A stretch of DNA of 64,000 nucleotides from Promethearchaeota archaeon (GCA_048938895.1 JBHLLU010000012.1:27576-91575); one strand, 5' to 3'. Positions 37,392 to 46,813 are shown, counted from the stretch's first letter. The notes: generated from the sequence alone by a model not told the origin. Numbers and translations are program-made.

Positions 37392-40391
37392 TCACATCGT
37401 TTCTCTATAAATCTCTACAATCCTCTTCTTTCGTGCTTTTCTTAAAAGTACTTTCATTCCAATTATAATCATAAATATTGAAAGAGAAAAAATCAGAATA
37501 ATGTTAAACCAAGGGACAAACAATACATATGGCATTCCCGTAAGTGTACTTAAGTTTGAGGTGACAATCCAAGCTGATAGCCAACCTACAATAATTCCTA
37601 TTATCCCACTACTTATCATAATTATTAATGATTCAATTATAAAAAGACGGTTTATATCTCTTCCCTTCAAACCTAATGTTCTCACTATTCCTATCTCCTT
37701 TTTCCTTTCAATAATTGTAGAATAAGATGATGATAACAAGCCGAAAATACATATAAATACTGTAGTCATTGCTATAAGTGAAAAAAGTGTATCTAATATA
37801 AAAAATGCAGATTGTTGTTGAGTAATTAGTTTTTCCAAGTTATATAAATTATAATTATAGTCTGTTCTATATAATTCATTAATAATATCCTCAATGGAAC
37901 GAGCTGAAGTAATTTTATCTTCTCTTATCTTGACAAAAATCCTATCAACATAAGGAACTAGGGGAATATCTAATATTCTTAGATAAGATTCTTGGGATAT
38001 TAAAACACCTCCCATATATGCTTGTGTACTAGTACCACTAAATTCAGTTGAAAATCCAGGCATGCTTTTTGCAATCCCTACAATTTTAAATGGGTATACT
38101 TCTAATTCATCTCCTCTGTAGATAACAATTCTAACTGAATCAGATATTTTTAAGTTCAAGTCGATTGCAATAGCTTCTGAGATAATACAAGTATAAAATT
38201 CTTCTAAATTAAACATATGATAAAATGCCTTATCCACACTCCCAGAAGTCATTTCGATATATTCTTTCTTTACTGTAAATAAATATTCCTCATCAATTCC
38301 AATTAGTGTAATTGCCTGGGTCGATAATCCTGTATAATCTCCAATCTCAGCTTTAAATTCTTTATCTGCTTCAGAATATATTTGAGTCAACTGGTACGGT
38401 TTTGCAATAACGGATGATACCTTTTCAATACCATCAATCGATAACAATTCTTCTTCAAAATTTATTGTCATTACCTTATTTATATTTATGGTAGTTTGCT
38501 GGATTTCAAGATTTGAATTTAATAATCTGTCTTCATTGATAGATACTGGAAAAAAAGGACCACCACCTAAACCTGCATTGTAAATCTCATCTGGTTCTTG
38601 CCAACCAGAAGTTTCAATCACAATATCTGATCCATAAGTTAATTCTGTCATCGCGGAAGATTGTGCTGAAAGAGTGTTAATTACTGTAGACGTAAAAATT
38701 ACGAATGAAAAAGAAAGTGCAAAAATCATTACCGTACTAGAATTTCTTCTTTGATATCGAAATACAAATATCTTTATTACATTATGTAATCGTTGTGCAA
38801 GCGGTCTAAATAGCGCTATAATTATTCTTAAGACAAGAGGAATTAATCCTAATCCTGCTAAAGTTAACCCAATATTAAAGATTAATAAAATTGCAATAAG
38901 TACACCGGCAAAAAGAGTTGAATCATTAGAAATTAAAATCCTAGGGATAACATAGAAAACAAATCCTCCATTAAATGCTAAAATAATTCCAACAAGTATG
39001 ATTTTATAGTTAACAGTAGTTTTTTTTTGAAGGTGATAAAGAGTATCTTCATGACGATAGGGATGGATAGATTCGATAAGTTGAAGTTTCATTACTTTCA
39101 AGGCAGGAGAAATGCTTACTATCATTCCAACACCTATACCCATGGCATAAGCTATTAAAATTGACCAAATACTAAAAGAAAATGTTAGTTCTGTAAAACC
39201 AATTGCAGCGTCAGTTATTACTCTATTTGCAAAAGGAATTATTATAAATCTAGATATAATGTTAGCAGTAATAATGCCAGAAATTGTCCCCAAATTACAT
39301 AAGAGGAATCCTTGCATTAATACAATCGCAAGGTTATATCTCTTATTAGCACCTAGTGTTCGAAATATCCCAAATTCTCTTATTCTTTCTTCTACTGAAG
39401 TTTTTAGAATCCCATTAATTAATACACCAGAAATAAGCATGGCAACAATAGATACAAATATAAACACAATAACGATCAAAATACTTACCATTTCAGCCCA
39501 ACCTAAAACTCTTAATTTGGGCAGATCTATAAAAAATTTTTCAATCCCAATCGCAAGTTGAATTTCGCCAGCAATATTCTTAACAGTAGATTTTGTTCCT
39601 TCTATGTCTCTTATATCATAAATATTTTCACTGTCTTTGAGAGTTAAAATTAATTGACTACAGGTTTTATTGAACTCTTCATATCCGAAATAGTGATATA
39701 ATGTCTCAATATCAACCACAATAAGATGTCTAGTACGGTATTCACTAGGCCATTTTAGATTGAAATCAAAAATAGCATCAACAGTAAGATTTTTAGTAAT
39801 TGTGTGTGTAACATTTCCATGCCTTAATCTCATTTTAATTTCGATAATATCATTTACCTTATACCTAATAATATTGTTAAAACCATAGTAGATCGCGCAA
39901 TGATTTAGAGGTAAACTATCCAGATCAAGAATCTCATTGCTTGAAGGATTGACCATTGACCCAAATTTAATACTTTTTTCATGAGTGAAATTAATTCCAG
40001 ACAAAACACTCCATTCTTCTTCCCCTGATAATTCTGTTGTATTAAATCCCTTTGAAATTTTTACTGTTGCAGATACATCCATTCGTGGAATAAAATTTTC
40101 AACTGTAGACGAAGTATTTTGAATTGTTTCTATGATCGGATCAAATTTAAAATAGGACGATCTATCTTCCGGTTCCCCTGTAAAATGCCTTACCGTTATT
40201 ACAGCATCCTGGTTTCCTGCTTCAATTGTAAGGTAATCTACGTAACTGGAAGAAATAGAATCATTTAAAAATAATACTACCGTTAACAAACCAATAGAAA
40301 TAAGCATTCCGATAATTGCTAATAATGTTCTGATTTTCTGCTTTTTAAGATCCAAAAAAGCATATTTTATAACTAATCTAAAATGGTTCAT
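37392..40391 (-). CDS. ABC transporter permease, duplicated MacB/FtsX type (permease A)
   Basis: SVEERIREFGIFRTLG and ERKKEIGIVRTLG motifs; two large extracytoplasmic domains; paralog of 25557..28529. Confidence 0.92.
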   Translation of the reverse strand: MNHFRLVIKYAFLDLKKQKIRTLLAIIGMLISIGLLTVVLFLNDSISSSYVDYLTIEAGNQDAVITVRHFTGEPEDRSSYFKFDPIIETIQNTSSTVENFIPRMDVSATVKISKGFNTTELSGEEEWSVLSGINFTHEKSIKFGSMVNPSSNEILDLDSLPLNHCAIYYGFNNIIRYKVNDIIEIKMRLRHGNVTHTITKNLTVDAIFDFNLKWPSEYRTRHLIVVDIETLYHYFGYEEFNKTCSQLILTLKDSENIYDIRDIEGTKSTVKNIAGEIQLAIGIEKFFIDLPKLRVLGWAEMVSILIVIVFIFVSIVAMLISGVLINGILKTSVEERIREFGIFRTLGANKRYNLAIVLMQGFLLCNLGTISGIITANIISRFIIIPFANRVITDAAIGFTELTFSFSIWSILIAYAMGIGVGMIVSISPALKVMKLQLIESIHPYRHEDTLYHLQKKTTVNYKIILVGIILAFNGGFVFYVIPRILISNDSTLFAGVLIAILLIFNIGLTLAGLGLIPLVLRIIIALFRPLAQRLHNVIKIFVFRYQRRNSSTVMIFALSFSFVIFTSTVINTLSAQSSAMTELTYGSDIVIETSGWQEPDEIYNAGLGGGPFFPVSINEDRLLNSNLEIQQTTININKVMTINFEEELLSIDGIEKVSSVIAKPYQLTQIYSEADKEFKAEIGDYTGLSTQAITLIGIDEEYLFTVKKEYIEMTSGSVDKAFYHMFNLEEFYTCIISEAIAIDLNLKISDSVRIVIYRGDELEVYPFKIVGIAKSMPGFSTEFSGTSTQAYMGGVLISQESYLRILDIPLVPYVDRIFVKIREDKITSARSIEDIINELYRTDYNYNLYNLEKLITQQQSAFFILDTLFSLIAMTTVFICIFGLLSSSYSTIIERKKEIGIVRTLGLKGRDINRLFIIESLIIMISSGIIGIIVGWLSAWIVTSNLSTLTGMPYVLFVPWFNIILIFSLSIFMIIIGMKVLLRKARKKRIVEIYRETM

Positions 40392-40440
40392 GAGGTATTA
40401 TTTCATCCAATTCTTTATTTGAGAACTTCATCCATATTTT

Positions 40441-41619
40441 TCATTGTAAGCTTAACAATTCTCCATCTATTTTCATATTAAGATTATTATCTGTTATCAA
40501 TTCCTGTAAAATATCTTCAAAGCTTTCTGGTAAATTTATAAAAATGGAGCTTGGGATGAAATGTTTTATTTCATTTATTTTAATTTCCGTTTTTCCTTGA
40601 TTTGAGAACAGGTATTGAAAAATTTTACTTTTACACTTTTCTTTATTAATCTCATTCTCCTGCTTTCTTTTTAATTCCATAAGTTGAGTCTCTTTCAAGC
40701 CCGATATTTCTCCCTCTGTTGTTAGTTTCCCATCTCTCATATGAAGAACTTTATTTGCAAATTCAGATACCGCAGCATCATGACTTACGGCAACAAAAGT
40801 AGCTCCTCGTTTGTTTAAATCCTTCAGAAGATTCAAAATCATTATTCCTGTTTTACTATCAAGATCTCCTGTAACCTCATCAAGAATCACTACCCCAGGA
40901 TCATTTGCGAAGGCTCTTGCAATAGCAACTCTTTGTTGTTCACCACCACTCAATTCTGAAGGTGTGTGATGCGCTCTTTCATCCAATCCTACTAATCTTA
41001 AGAGATCCATTGCTCTTTTCCTCTTTCCTCGACGACTTAGGTTTCCTGAAAAATGAAGTGGCACCATAACATTCTCCATTGCAGTCATTTGGGGGAGTAA
41101 ATTATAAAATTGGAATACAAAACCTATACGTTCCCTACGGATCTCTGCTAAATCATTATCATTCAACATACTTATATTAGACCCTTCTAAAAAGATCTTT
41201 CCTCGCGTTGGGGTGTCAAGACCTCCAATCAAATTTAGTAAAGTCGTTTTTCCAGAACCAGAAGGCCCCATAATATCGACAAAGTCTCCATTATCTATTG
41301 TTAAATCTACACCTCTTAATGCTGCGACTGCAGTTGTTCCCAATAAATATGTCTTATGCAAATTTTCAACTACAATTAGATGTTCATAATCTTTACCCGG
41401 AACTTTATCTTCCTTAACTTCTTTCTTCATAGCTTTCTTTTCTATTCGAGACTGAGAAATAATGTCTGATTTTTCTTTTTTGATTTCTTCTTTTTTTTGT
41501 CGTTGTTTCCATTTTATAAATTGTTTTGAAACTTCACCTTTCCATATTGCTAATTTCCCAGTTTCTTCTTCATATCGTTCCATTAAAGGAGTTTTCTTAA
41601 TATTTGGTAATTGAGTCAT
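40441..41619 (-). CDS. ABC ATP-binding protein, LolD/MacB-type, with N- and C-terminal extensions
   Basis: GPSGSGKTT, GFVFQ.YNL, LSGGEQQRVAIARA, ILDEVTGDLD, VSHD; ~80-aa N-terminal and ~90-aa C-terminal extra regions. Confidence 0.95.
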   Translation of the reverse strand: MTQLPNIKKTPLMERYEEETGKLAIWKGEVSKQFIKWKQRQKKEEIKKEKSDIISQSRIEKKAMKKEVKEDKVPGKDYEHLIVVENLHKTYLLGTTAVAALRGVDLTIDNGDFVDIMGPSGSGKTTLLNLIGGLDTPTRGKIFLEGSNISMLNDNDLAEIRRERIGFVFQFYNLLPQMTAMENVMVPLHFSGNLSRRGKRKRAMDLLRLVGLDERAHHTPSELSGGEQQRVAIARAFANDPGVVILDEVTGDLDSKTGIMILNLLKDLNKRGATFVAVSHDAAVSEFANKVLHMRDGKLTTEGEISGLKETQLMELKRKQENEINKEKCKSKIFQYLFSNQGKTEIKINEIKHFIPSSIFINLPESFEDILQELITDNNLNMKIDGELLSLQ

Positions 41620-41834
41620 ACAAATTCTACTATTAAATTTTCTTTATTGTTAAGTACCTTATTTTAGATTATTAGGTGGTATTTTAACTTTATTATATTA
41701 TAGTGTTAAAATAAATTTTATCTGAATACTGAGCTTAGATCTAAAAAGTACTAAAGTATTTTTAAAAATTAAGGTTCTAATTAAATAGAACATTTAAAAA
41801 ACTGAAAGAATATAAGAAAAAAGGAAATTAATAG

Positions 41835-42062
41835 TTATTCTTCCTTTCTAAAAACTATTCGAAGAATAATCCCGACAATAACAAGGAACGAAAAGGTTAC
41901 CATACTAAATATGAATATAATCATATCCAATTTAGGTGTTTGAGGAATTCCCAAGTTCTCATATACATCAAGGAATATAAAAAATGAAACTAAACTTGAT
42001 ATTAAAATAACAGCAGAAATTCCAAATAAGATAAAACTGAAATCTTTATTTCTTTTTTGTTT
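41835..42062 (-). CDS. Unannotated small 2-TM membrane ORF (75 open codons, no canonical start at its 5' end)
   Basis: Hand translation: KQKRNKDFSFILFGISAVILISSLVSFFIFLDVYENLGIPQTPKLDMIIFIFSMVTFSFLVIVGIILRIVFRKEE*. Overlaps the rnc 3' end in the +1 frame. Confidence 0.5.
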   Translation of the reverse strand, partial: KQKRNKDFSFILFGISAVILISSLVSFFIFLDVYENLGIPQTPKLDMIIFIFSMVTFSFLVIVGIILRIVFRKEE

Positions 42063-42777
42063 TTAGGTATTTAAATATCTTAGCATAAATATCTTTTTCA
42101 GCATCTTTCTTATTTCTAAATTTGCTTGATTTTATGTTTTGTGATATTTCAATTAGAATCTTTTGGCTATTTTTATCAGTAATCCTTGGATTCATTGCAA
42201 TCCAGATTGGGTCATGCTCAAATCCACTTTTGCTATAATCAAGTTCAATAGAAATAGAAGTCTTAAATTTATCTTGTAAATATTCTAATAAATCATTCTT
42301 ATTATATGGTAATTCATTTTTAAGAACAGTATCAAAATCCTCAATGAAAGGATTGATCATTTTTTCTTCAACTATAGTAAAATTATATTTAGAATCAAAA
42401 AAAATTGCTCCACAAATCGCTTCAAAAACATCTGCTAAGATCCGGGTACCCTCAATTGTCTGTTTTTCAGAATAAAATATGAATTTTTCTAAATTCATTC
42501 TTTTTGCAATCGTTTTTAAAGCTTTATCACTTTCTAAGGAAGCTTTAATTTTAGTAATTTCCCCAGGATCTCTTATCCCTTGATGATATAATTTCAAGAT
42601 AAAAATAATCTTTAAGACAGCATCTCCCAAATTTTCTAAAAAATCATAATCAGGTTTCCCTAATTCGTGTCCTACCAGGGGAGTAGTAAGGGCTTCAACT
42701 AAGAGTTGATCATCCTTGAATCTATATCCAATAAAATCTTGGAATTCTCTTAAATTTTGTTTCATATTATCAAACAT
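42046..42777 (-). CDS. rnc: Ribonuclease III family protein
   Basis: IGY.F.D..LL.EALT, signature YDFLENLGDAVL, LADVFEAICGAIFFD; degenerate dsRBD ending NKKDAEKD. Confidence 0.9.
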   Translation of the reverse strand: MFDNMKQNLREFQDFIGYRFKDDQLLVEALTTPLVGHELGKPDYDFLENLGDAVLKIIFILKLYHQGIRDPGEITKIKASLESDKALKTIAKRMNLEKFIFYSEKQTIEGTRILADVFEAICGAIFFDSKYNFTIVEEKMINPFIEDFDTVLKNELPYNKNDLLEYLQDKFKTSISIELDYSKSGFEHDPIWIAMNPRITDKNSQKILIEISQNIKSSKFRNKKDAEKDIYAKIFKYLKTKKK

Positions 42778-42835
42778 TCCTATTTAACAATTATTTTTGG
42801 TAAATTTAAAAATTTAGAGAAAACATAATTTATAT

Positions 42836-43267
42836 ATGGCAAGAGAAATTAAGGATGAAGTTCTCGATATGATTAGAGATATTGAAGAAAAAGACTTAGA
42901 GATTAAAAAATACCTCTCTGAATTATCACTTCTATCCAGAAAAGAGACTCTTAAGGATATAATGAGCAATATCATAGAAAATAATACTATTTTACAAGAA
43001 ATTGAAAAATCTAAGGGGAAACATCTACATCCTAGAAGTAAGGAACAAACAAATAAGTTTCAAGATCTTGTCAATAGTTTTATTACTAAAATTGATGAAA
43101 ATCCTACAAAAAAAATAATATATTTAAGAGAATTTCTTGAAAATTTTGCTTCTATATCTAATACTGATAAAGATGTAATTATTAATTCATTAAAAGATGA
43201 GACAAATAATGATAAATTGAGAGAAAAGATGACTTCACTTGTTGACGTTTTCCTTCAGACTAAATAA
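42836..43267 (+). CDS. Hypothetical helical protein
   Basis: 143-aa charged, helical ORF filling the gap between divergent/convergent neighbours. Confidence 0.7.
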   Translation: MAREIKDEVLDMIRDIEEKDLEIKKYLSELSLLSRKETLKDIMSNIIENNTILQEIEKSKGKHLHPRSKEQTNKFQDLVNSFITKIDENPTKKIIYLREFLENFASISNTDKDVIINSLKDETNNDKLREKMTSLVDVFLQTK

Positions 43268-43283
43268 TATTCTTGGACTTATA

Positions 43284-43679
43284 TTATAAACTAAATAGTT
43301 GAAGTAGAACAAGAACGTGTTTAATGCCCCTTATTTTTAATCTCCCTGTAAGAATTTTTCCTATGACTTTTCCTAAAGAGATATCCTCACTACCAAGAAG
43401 ACTTAGAAATGTATTGGTATCTGCTTGTAAAAAACCATCCCATCCAATAACCTTCTTCTTAAGATTTTTTTTGGGGTTGTTTTTAAATCCTTCCACATGA
43501 ATTGTTCCTTTATCTATTACTAATAAAGCCGCATATTTTCCATCCTTTGCATTTATAAGGACTTTAACTTCTTTATCCTTGAATTTTTTCTTAAATTTTG
43601 AATTTTCATTCAGAGGTTCAACTTGTTTGGAAACAATTCCTGCAAGACCGCGTAGCCTCTCCTTTTTTTCTTCAGTCAT
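43284..43679 (-). CDS. SCP2 sterol/lipid-binding domain protein
   Basis: L.IDKG.I.V, D..L.AD..TFL.L..., .LTGRLKIRG. ATG at 43679. Confidence 0.75.
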   Translation of the reverse strand: MTEEKKERLRGLAGIVSKQVEPLNENSKFKKKFKDKEVKVLINAKDGKYAALLVIDKGTIHVEGFKNNPKKNLKKKVIGWDGFLQADTNTFLSLLGSEDISLGKVIGKILTGRLKIRGIKHVLVLLQLFSL

Positions 43680-43829
43680 ATTGATCAATTCAGTTGGTAA
43701 AAATATCTCTAATTAATAAATATTTTCTCTAAAATAATGAAATATTAAAACATCTTTAAAGAATACGAAAATTTTATATACTACAGAAGAATAAGTGATC
43801 TAATCCTAATTCTGTAAGAATAGCCCAAA

Positions 43830-44081
43830 CTAGTAAGCGTCCCCATCAGCTCCCGAGAAAAGATCTTCGTAGGCCTTTCGATCCTCACTAGATATTCTTT
43901 CCCCTCTCAAACCTTCCTTAACTACGATTGGGGCAGATTCTTTCTCATCATGACGAATCTTTTTTTGAATTTTATATTCTCCTTTGCTCTCGCCTAAGTC
44001 GAATTCCTCTTCACAAGCCTTACAGTATAGTTTTCCGTTTTTTGGGATAAGCATGTTTCCGCACTGGTCGCAAAATCGCAT
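43830..44081 (-). CDS. TFS / RNA polymerase subunit M (RPB9/C11/A12)-like protein, N-terminal Zn ribbon only
   Basis: MRFCDQCGNMLIPK..KLYCKAC N-terminal ribbon; no second ribbon or RSADE hairpin. Upstream SD AGGTGA. Confidence 0.8.
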   Translation of the reverse strand: MRFCDQCGNMLIPKNGKLYCKACEEEFDLGESKGEYKIQKKIRHDEKESAPIVVKEGLRGERISSEDRKAYEDLFSGADGDAY

Positions 44082-44216
44082 AATCTTTTATTTTCACCTT
44101 CAACGATACGTTTTCAATTCTTCAACTATTAAACTTTTCGGTTTACTACGCCTTTAAAGGTTTTTTTTTAACAGAATTAAAAAAATAAATACCACTTATA
44201 AATTTAACGTATAACT

Positions 44217-44241
44217 TACGTAATTGTTACCGTATTACGTA
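44217..44241. promoter_or_regulatory. Perfect inverted repeat TACGTAAT-N9-ATTACGTA, candidate operator
   Basis: Read directly; lies in the divergent intergenic region between the TFS-like and GDPD genes. Confidence 0.4.
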
Positions 44242-44471
44242 TTTATAAAGATCTAGTTTAAATTATTAATTTCTTGTTTAGGTAGTGGTTTCTCAAAACC
44301 TTGAATAACTATAAAATAACTAGGAAATTAATGATGTATTGATTTTGAATTCACAAAAAAATAATCAAATTTATGCCTATTTAACTAGATGAAGAATTAA
44401 TATTATTCTTATATTAGAGTAAGAGATTAATTAGAGATAATATCTTTATTATTACAATTAAAATATAGAAA

Positions 44472-45227
44472 ATGGGATTTTTGAAGATTATCGAACATAA
44501 GGAAGAAAAAATTTTAATCATTGCTCATAGAGGGGCAAGCAATATTGCTCCTGAAAATACTCTTAAAGCTTTTAAAATAGCAATTGAATTAAAAGCAGAC
44601 TATATAGAATTGGATGTTCAAGAATCTAAAGATGGGTTTCTTGTTGTTGCCCATGACGAAGATCTCAATCGAATAACGGGGGTGGATGGTCTTATTAAAG
44701 ATCTCACCCTTGGAGAACTCAAGGCTCTTAATTTTGGTGAAGGAGAGAAGATTCCTACCCTTCAAGAAGTCATTGAGTTAATCAAAGGTAAAATAGCTCT
44801 CAATTGTGAAATTAAGGTCAAAAATATATCAAATAAAGTGATTGCCTTATTTAACAAATACCAAATTGCAGATCAAGTGGTAGTGAGCTCTTTTTTACAC
44901 GATGAGCTCCTAAAGATCCAAAAGGTGGATCCTAAAATAAAATTAGCTTCTCTAGAGCCAAGGCAATATGGAAAAAAATTCAACTGGGATGTAAAAAAGG
45001 AAATGATTCAGTTTTGTATTGATTATAAATTATTTGCGATAAATCCAATTTACTTTTTGATTGATCAACAGTTTGTGGAATTTGCACACAGAAACGATAT
45101 TAAAATATTTCCTTGGACGGTTGATTCAGAACCTTCAATAAGAAAGTTAATAAAATATGGAGTTGATGGAATAATTACAAATGATGTGAGAGCGACAAAA
45201 TCTATAATTAAACAGGAAAAATATTAA
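44472..45227 (+). CDS. Glycerophosphodiester phosphodiesterase
   Basis: IAHRGAS..APENTL.AF, IELDVQ.SKDG..VV.HD, IPTL.EV, N.EIK, WTVD, GVDGIITN. Confidence 0.96.
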   Translation: MGFLKIIEHKEEKILIIAHRGASNIAPENTLKAFKIAIELKADYIELDVQESKDGFLVVAHDEDLNRITGVDGLIKDLTLGELKALNFGEGEKIPTLQEVIELIKGKIALNCEIKVKNISNKVIALFNKYQIADQVVVSSFLHDELLKIQKVDPKIKLASLEPRQYGKKFNWDVKKEMIQFCIDYKLFAINPIYFLIDQQFVEFAHRNDIKIFPWTVDSEPSIRKLIKYGVDGIITNDVRATKSIIKQEKY

Positions 45228-45328
45228 AGAAAAAACGGTTTCTAATAACACTTTCTCTCAATAAAATATTTTAGACGAGATTAATTTTGCTACCTAACTC
45301 AATTTTAAAATATATTTTAATCTGTGCA

Positions 45329-46804
45329 ATGAAATCATTTAAAGAAATCGATTTTGAAAGACTTTTTTTCCCTAAAGCTATTGGCATTATCGGAGTCTCT
45401 CCAGACATGAGGGGAGGGAGTTTTTTTGTACGGTGTATGAAAGATAAATTTAAAGGGCCAATGTATTTGTTCAATCCTAAATTAACAGGACAGGAATTGA
45501 TGGGTTATAAAATTTATAGTTCAATTCTTGATATTGAAGAACCAATCGATTATGTAATTTTAGCAATCCCTGCAAGATTATGCCCGGGAGTAATGGAAGA
45601 AATTGGTAAAAAAGGGGTACCCTTTGTTACAATTTTTGCCTCTGGATTTCGCGAAGTTGGCAATGAGGATTTGGAACAAGATCTTCTAAGAATCGCTAAA
45701 CGATATAATATAAGAATTATAGGTCCGAATTGCTTAGGTGTATATAATCCTAAATCAGGCCTTTATTTTGCTTTTGATCAATCTAGGAAGGCGGGGAACT
45801 TTTCCGGAGTTTTTCAATCAGGAGGGATTGCCCAAAATATGTCCCAATTGGCTGTTTCATATGGTTTGTATGCATCTAAATTTCTTTCCATTGGAAATGC
45901 TTTAGATTTATCACCAGTAGAATTCCTAGAGTACTTTATCAAGGATGACTATACTAAAATCATTGGCTTATACATAGAAAATTTAAGATCTATTAATCAA
46001 GGGAGACAATTTATGAGAATCGTAAAAGAATGCAACTTAAATAGGAAACCAGTAATACTTTGGAGAGCAGGATATGGAGAAGCTACCAAAAAGGCCATTT
46101 TATCCCATACTGGCGGACTTGCAGGTAATAATGAAATGTGGGATGCTGTAGGTAAGCAAACAGGTTGTTGTATTGTTAATAATTCAAATGAACTTGCAGC
46201 ACTCGCTTCAGCATTTAATTTAACTCATTTACCAGACAAACGAAATGTAGGAGTTATAGGTATCGGAGGAGGTTCAACAATCGAAGCTATTGATATGCTT
46301 GAAAAGTATAGATTAAATATACCAAGTTTGACAGAAAAAACTATTCACAAAATGCAGAGATTTATACCTGATGTAAATACAAATCTCACTAATCCAATTG
46401 ATCTTGGAGGAAGTGGAATTCAACCACATATTTATTATAGAACGATTCTAGCCTTAGATAAAGACCCAAATATTTCTTCAATTTTATTCATTAAGGATCC
46501 TGAACGATTTGGGGGATTTCAAGATATATTAGAAGAAATTGGGTTTATGGGAACAGATTTAAATCGAGAATTTATTAGGTATGTCTCTAAAGCTAAAAAT
46601 GTCAGCACAAAACCTATTTATTGTGTTATGCTTAAAATAAATGAAGGTTTTGAGGAATATAAAAGCAGATATAAATTTAAAATGAAATTATTGAATAAGG
46701 CCGTTCCTGTTTTCGAGAGCCTAGATATTGCTGGTATGGTGTTAGATAAGGTAAATCGTTATAGAGAATTCCTGCAAAGACATGGAAAGTTTCCAAAAAA
46801 TTAA
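45329..46804 (+). CDS. Acyl-CoA synthetase (NDP-forming) alpha subunit / CoA-binding protein
   Basis: F.PK.I.IIG.S, GF.E.G, RIIGPNCLG, QSGG, S.GN..D, SHTG.LAG (phospho-His), NPIDL. ATG 45329 preferred over TTG 45287. Confidence 0.9.
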   Translation: MKSFKEIDFERLFFPKAIGIIGVSPDMRGGSFFVRCMKDKFKGPMYLFNPKLTGQELMGYKIYSSILDIEEPIDYVILAIPARLCPGVMEEIGKKGVPFVTIFASGFREVGNEDLEQDLLRIAKRYNIRIIGPNCLGVYNPKSGLYFAFDQSRKAGNFSGVFQSGGIAQNMSQLAVSYGLYASKFLSIGNALDLSPVEFLEYFIKDDYTKIIGLYIENLRSINQGRQFMRIVKECNLNRKPVILWRAGYGEATKKAILSHTGGLAGNNEMWDAVGKQTGCCIVNNSNELAALASAFNLTHLPDKRNVGVIGIGGGSTIEAIDMLEKYRLNIPSLTEKTIHKMQRFIPDVNTNLTNPIDLGGSGIQPHIYYRTILALDKDPNISSILFIKDPERFGGFQDILEEIGFMGTDLNREFIRYVSKAKNVSTKPIYCVMLKINEGFEEYKSRYKFKMKLLNKAVPVFESLDIAGMVLDKVNRYREFLQRHGKFPKN

Positions 46805-46813
46805 AAATCTTCA

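Noticed and set aside
41743-41763. Imperfect inverted repeat AAAAAGTACT..AGTATTTTT upstream of the ABC operon
   Set aside because: Mostly A/T and imperfect; expected by chance at this base composition.
42052-42058. A_AAA_AAG -1 slippery heptamer at the end of rnc
   Set aside because: The -1 frame closes after about 16 codons and does not reach the 2-TM ORF, which is in the +1 frame. A-runs are common in this genome.
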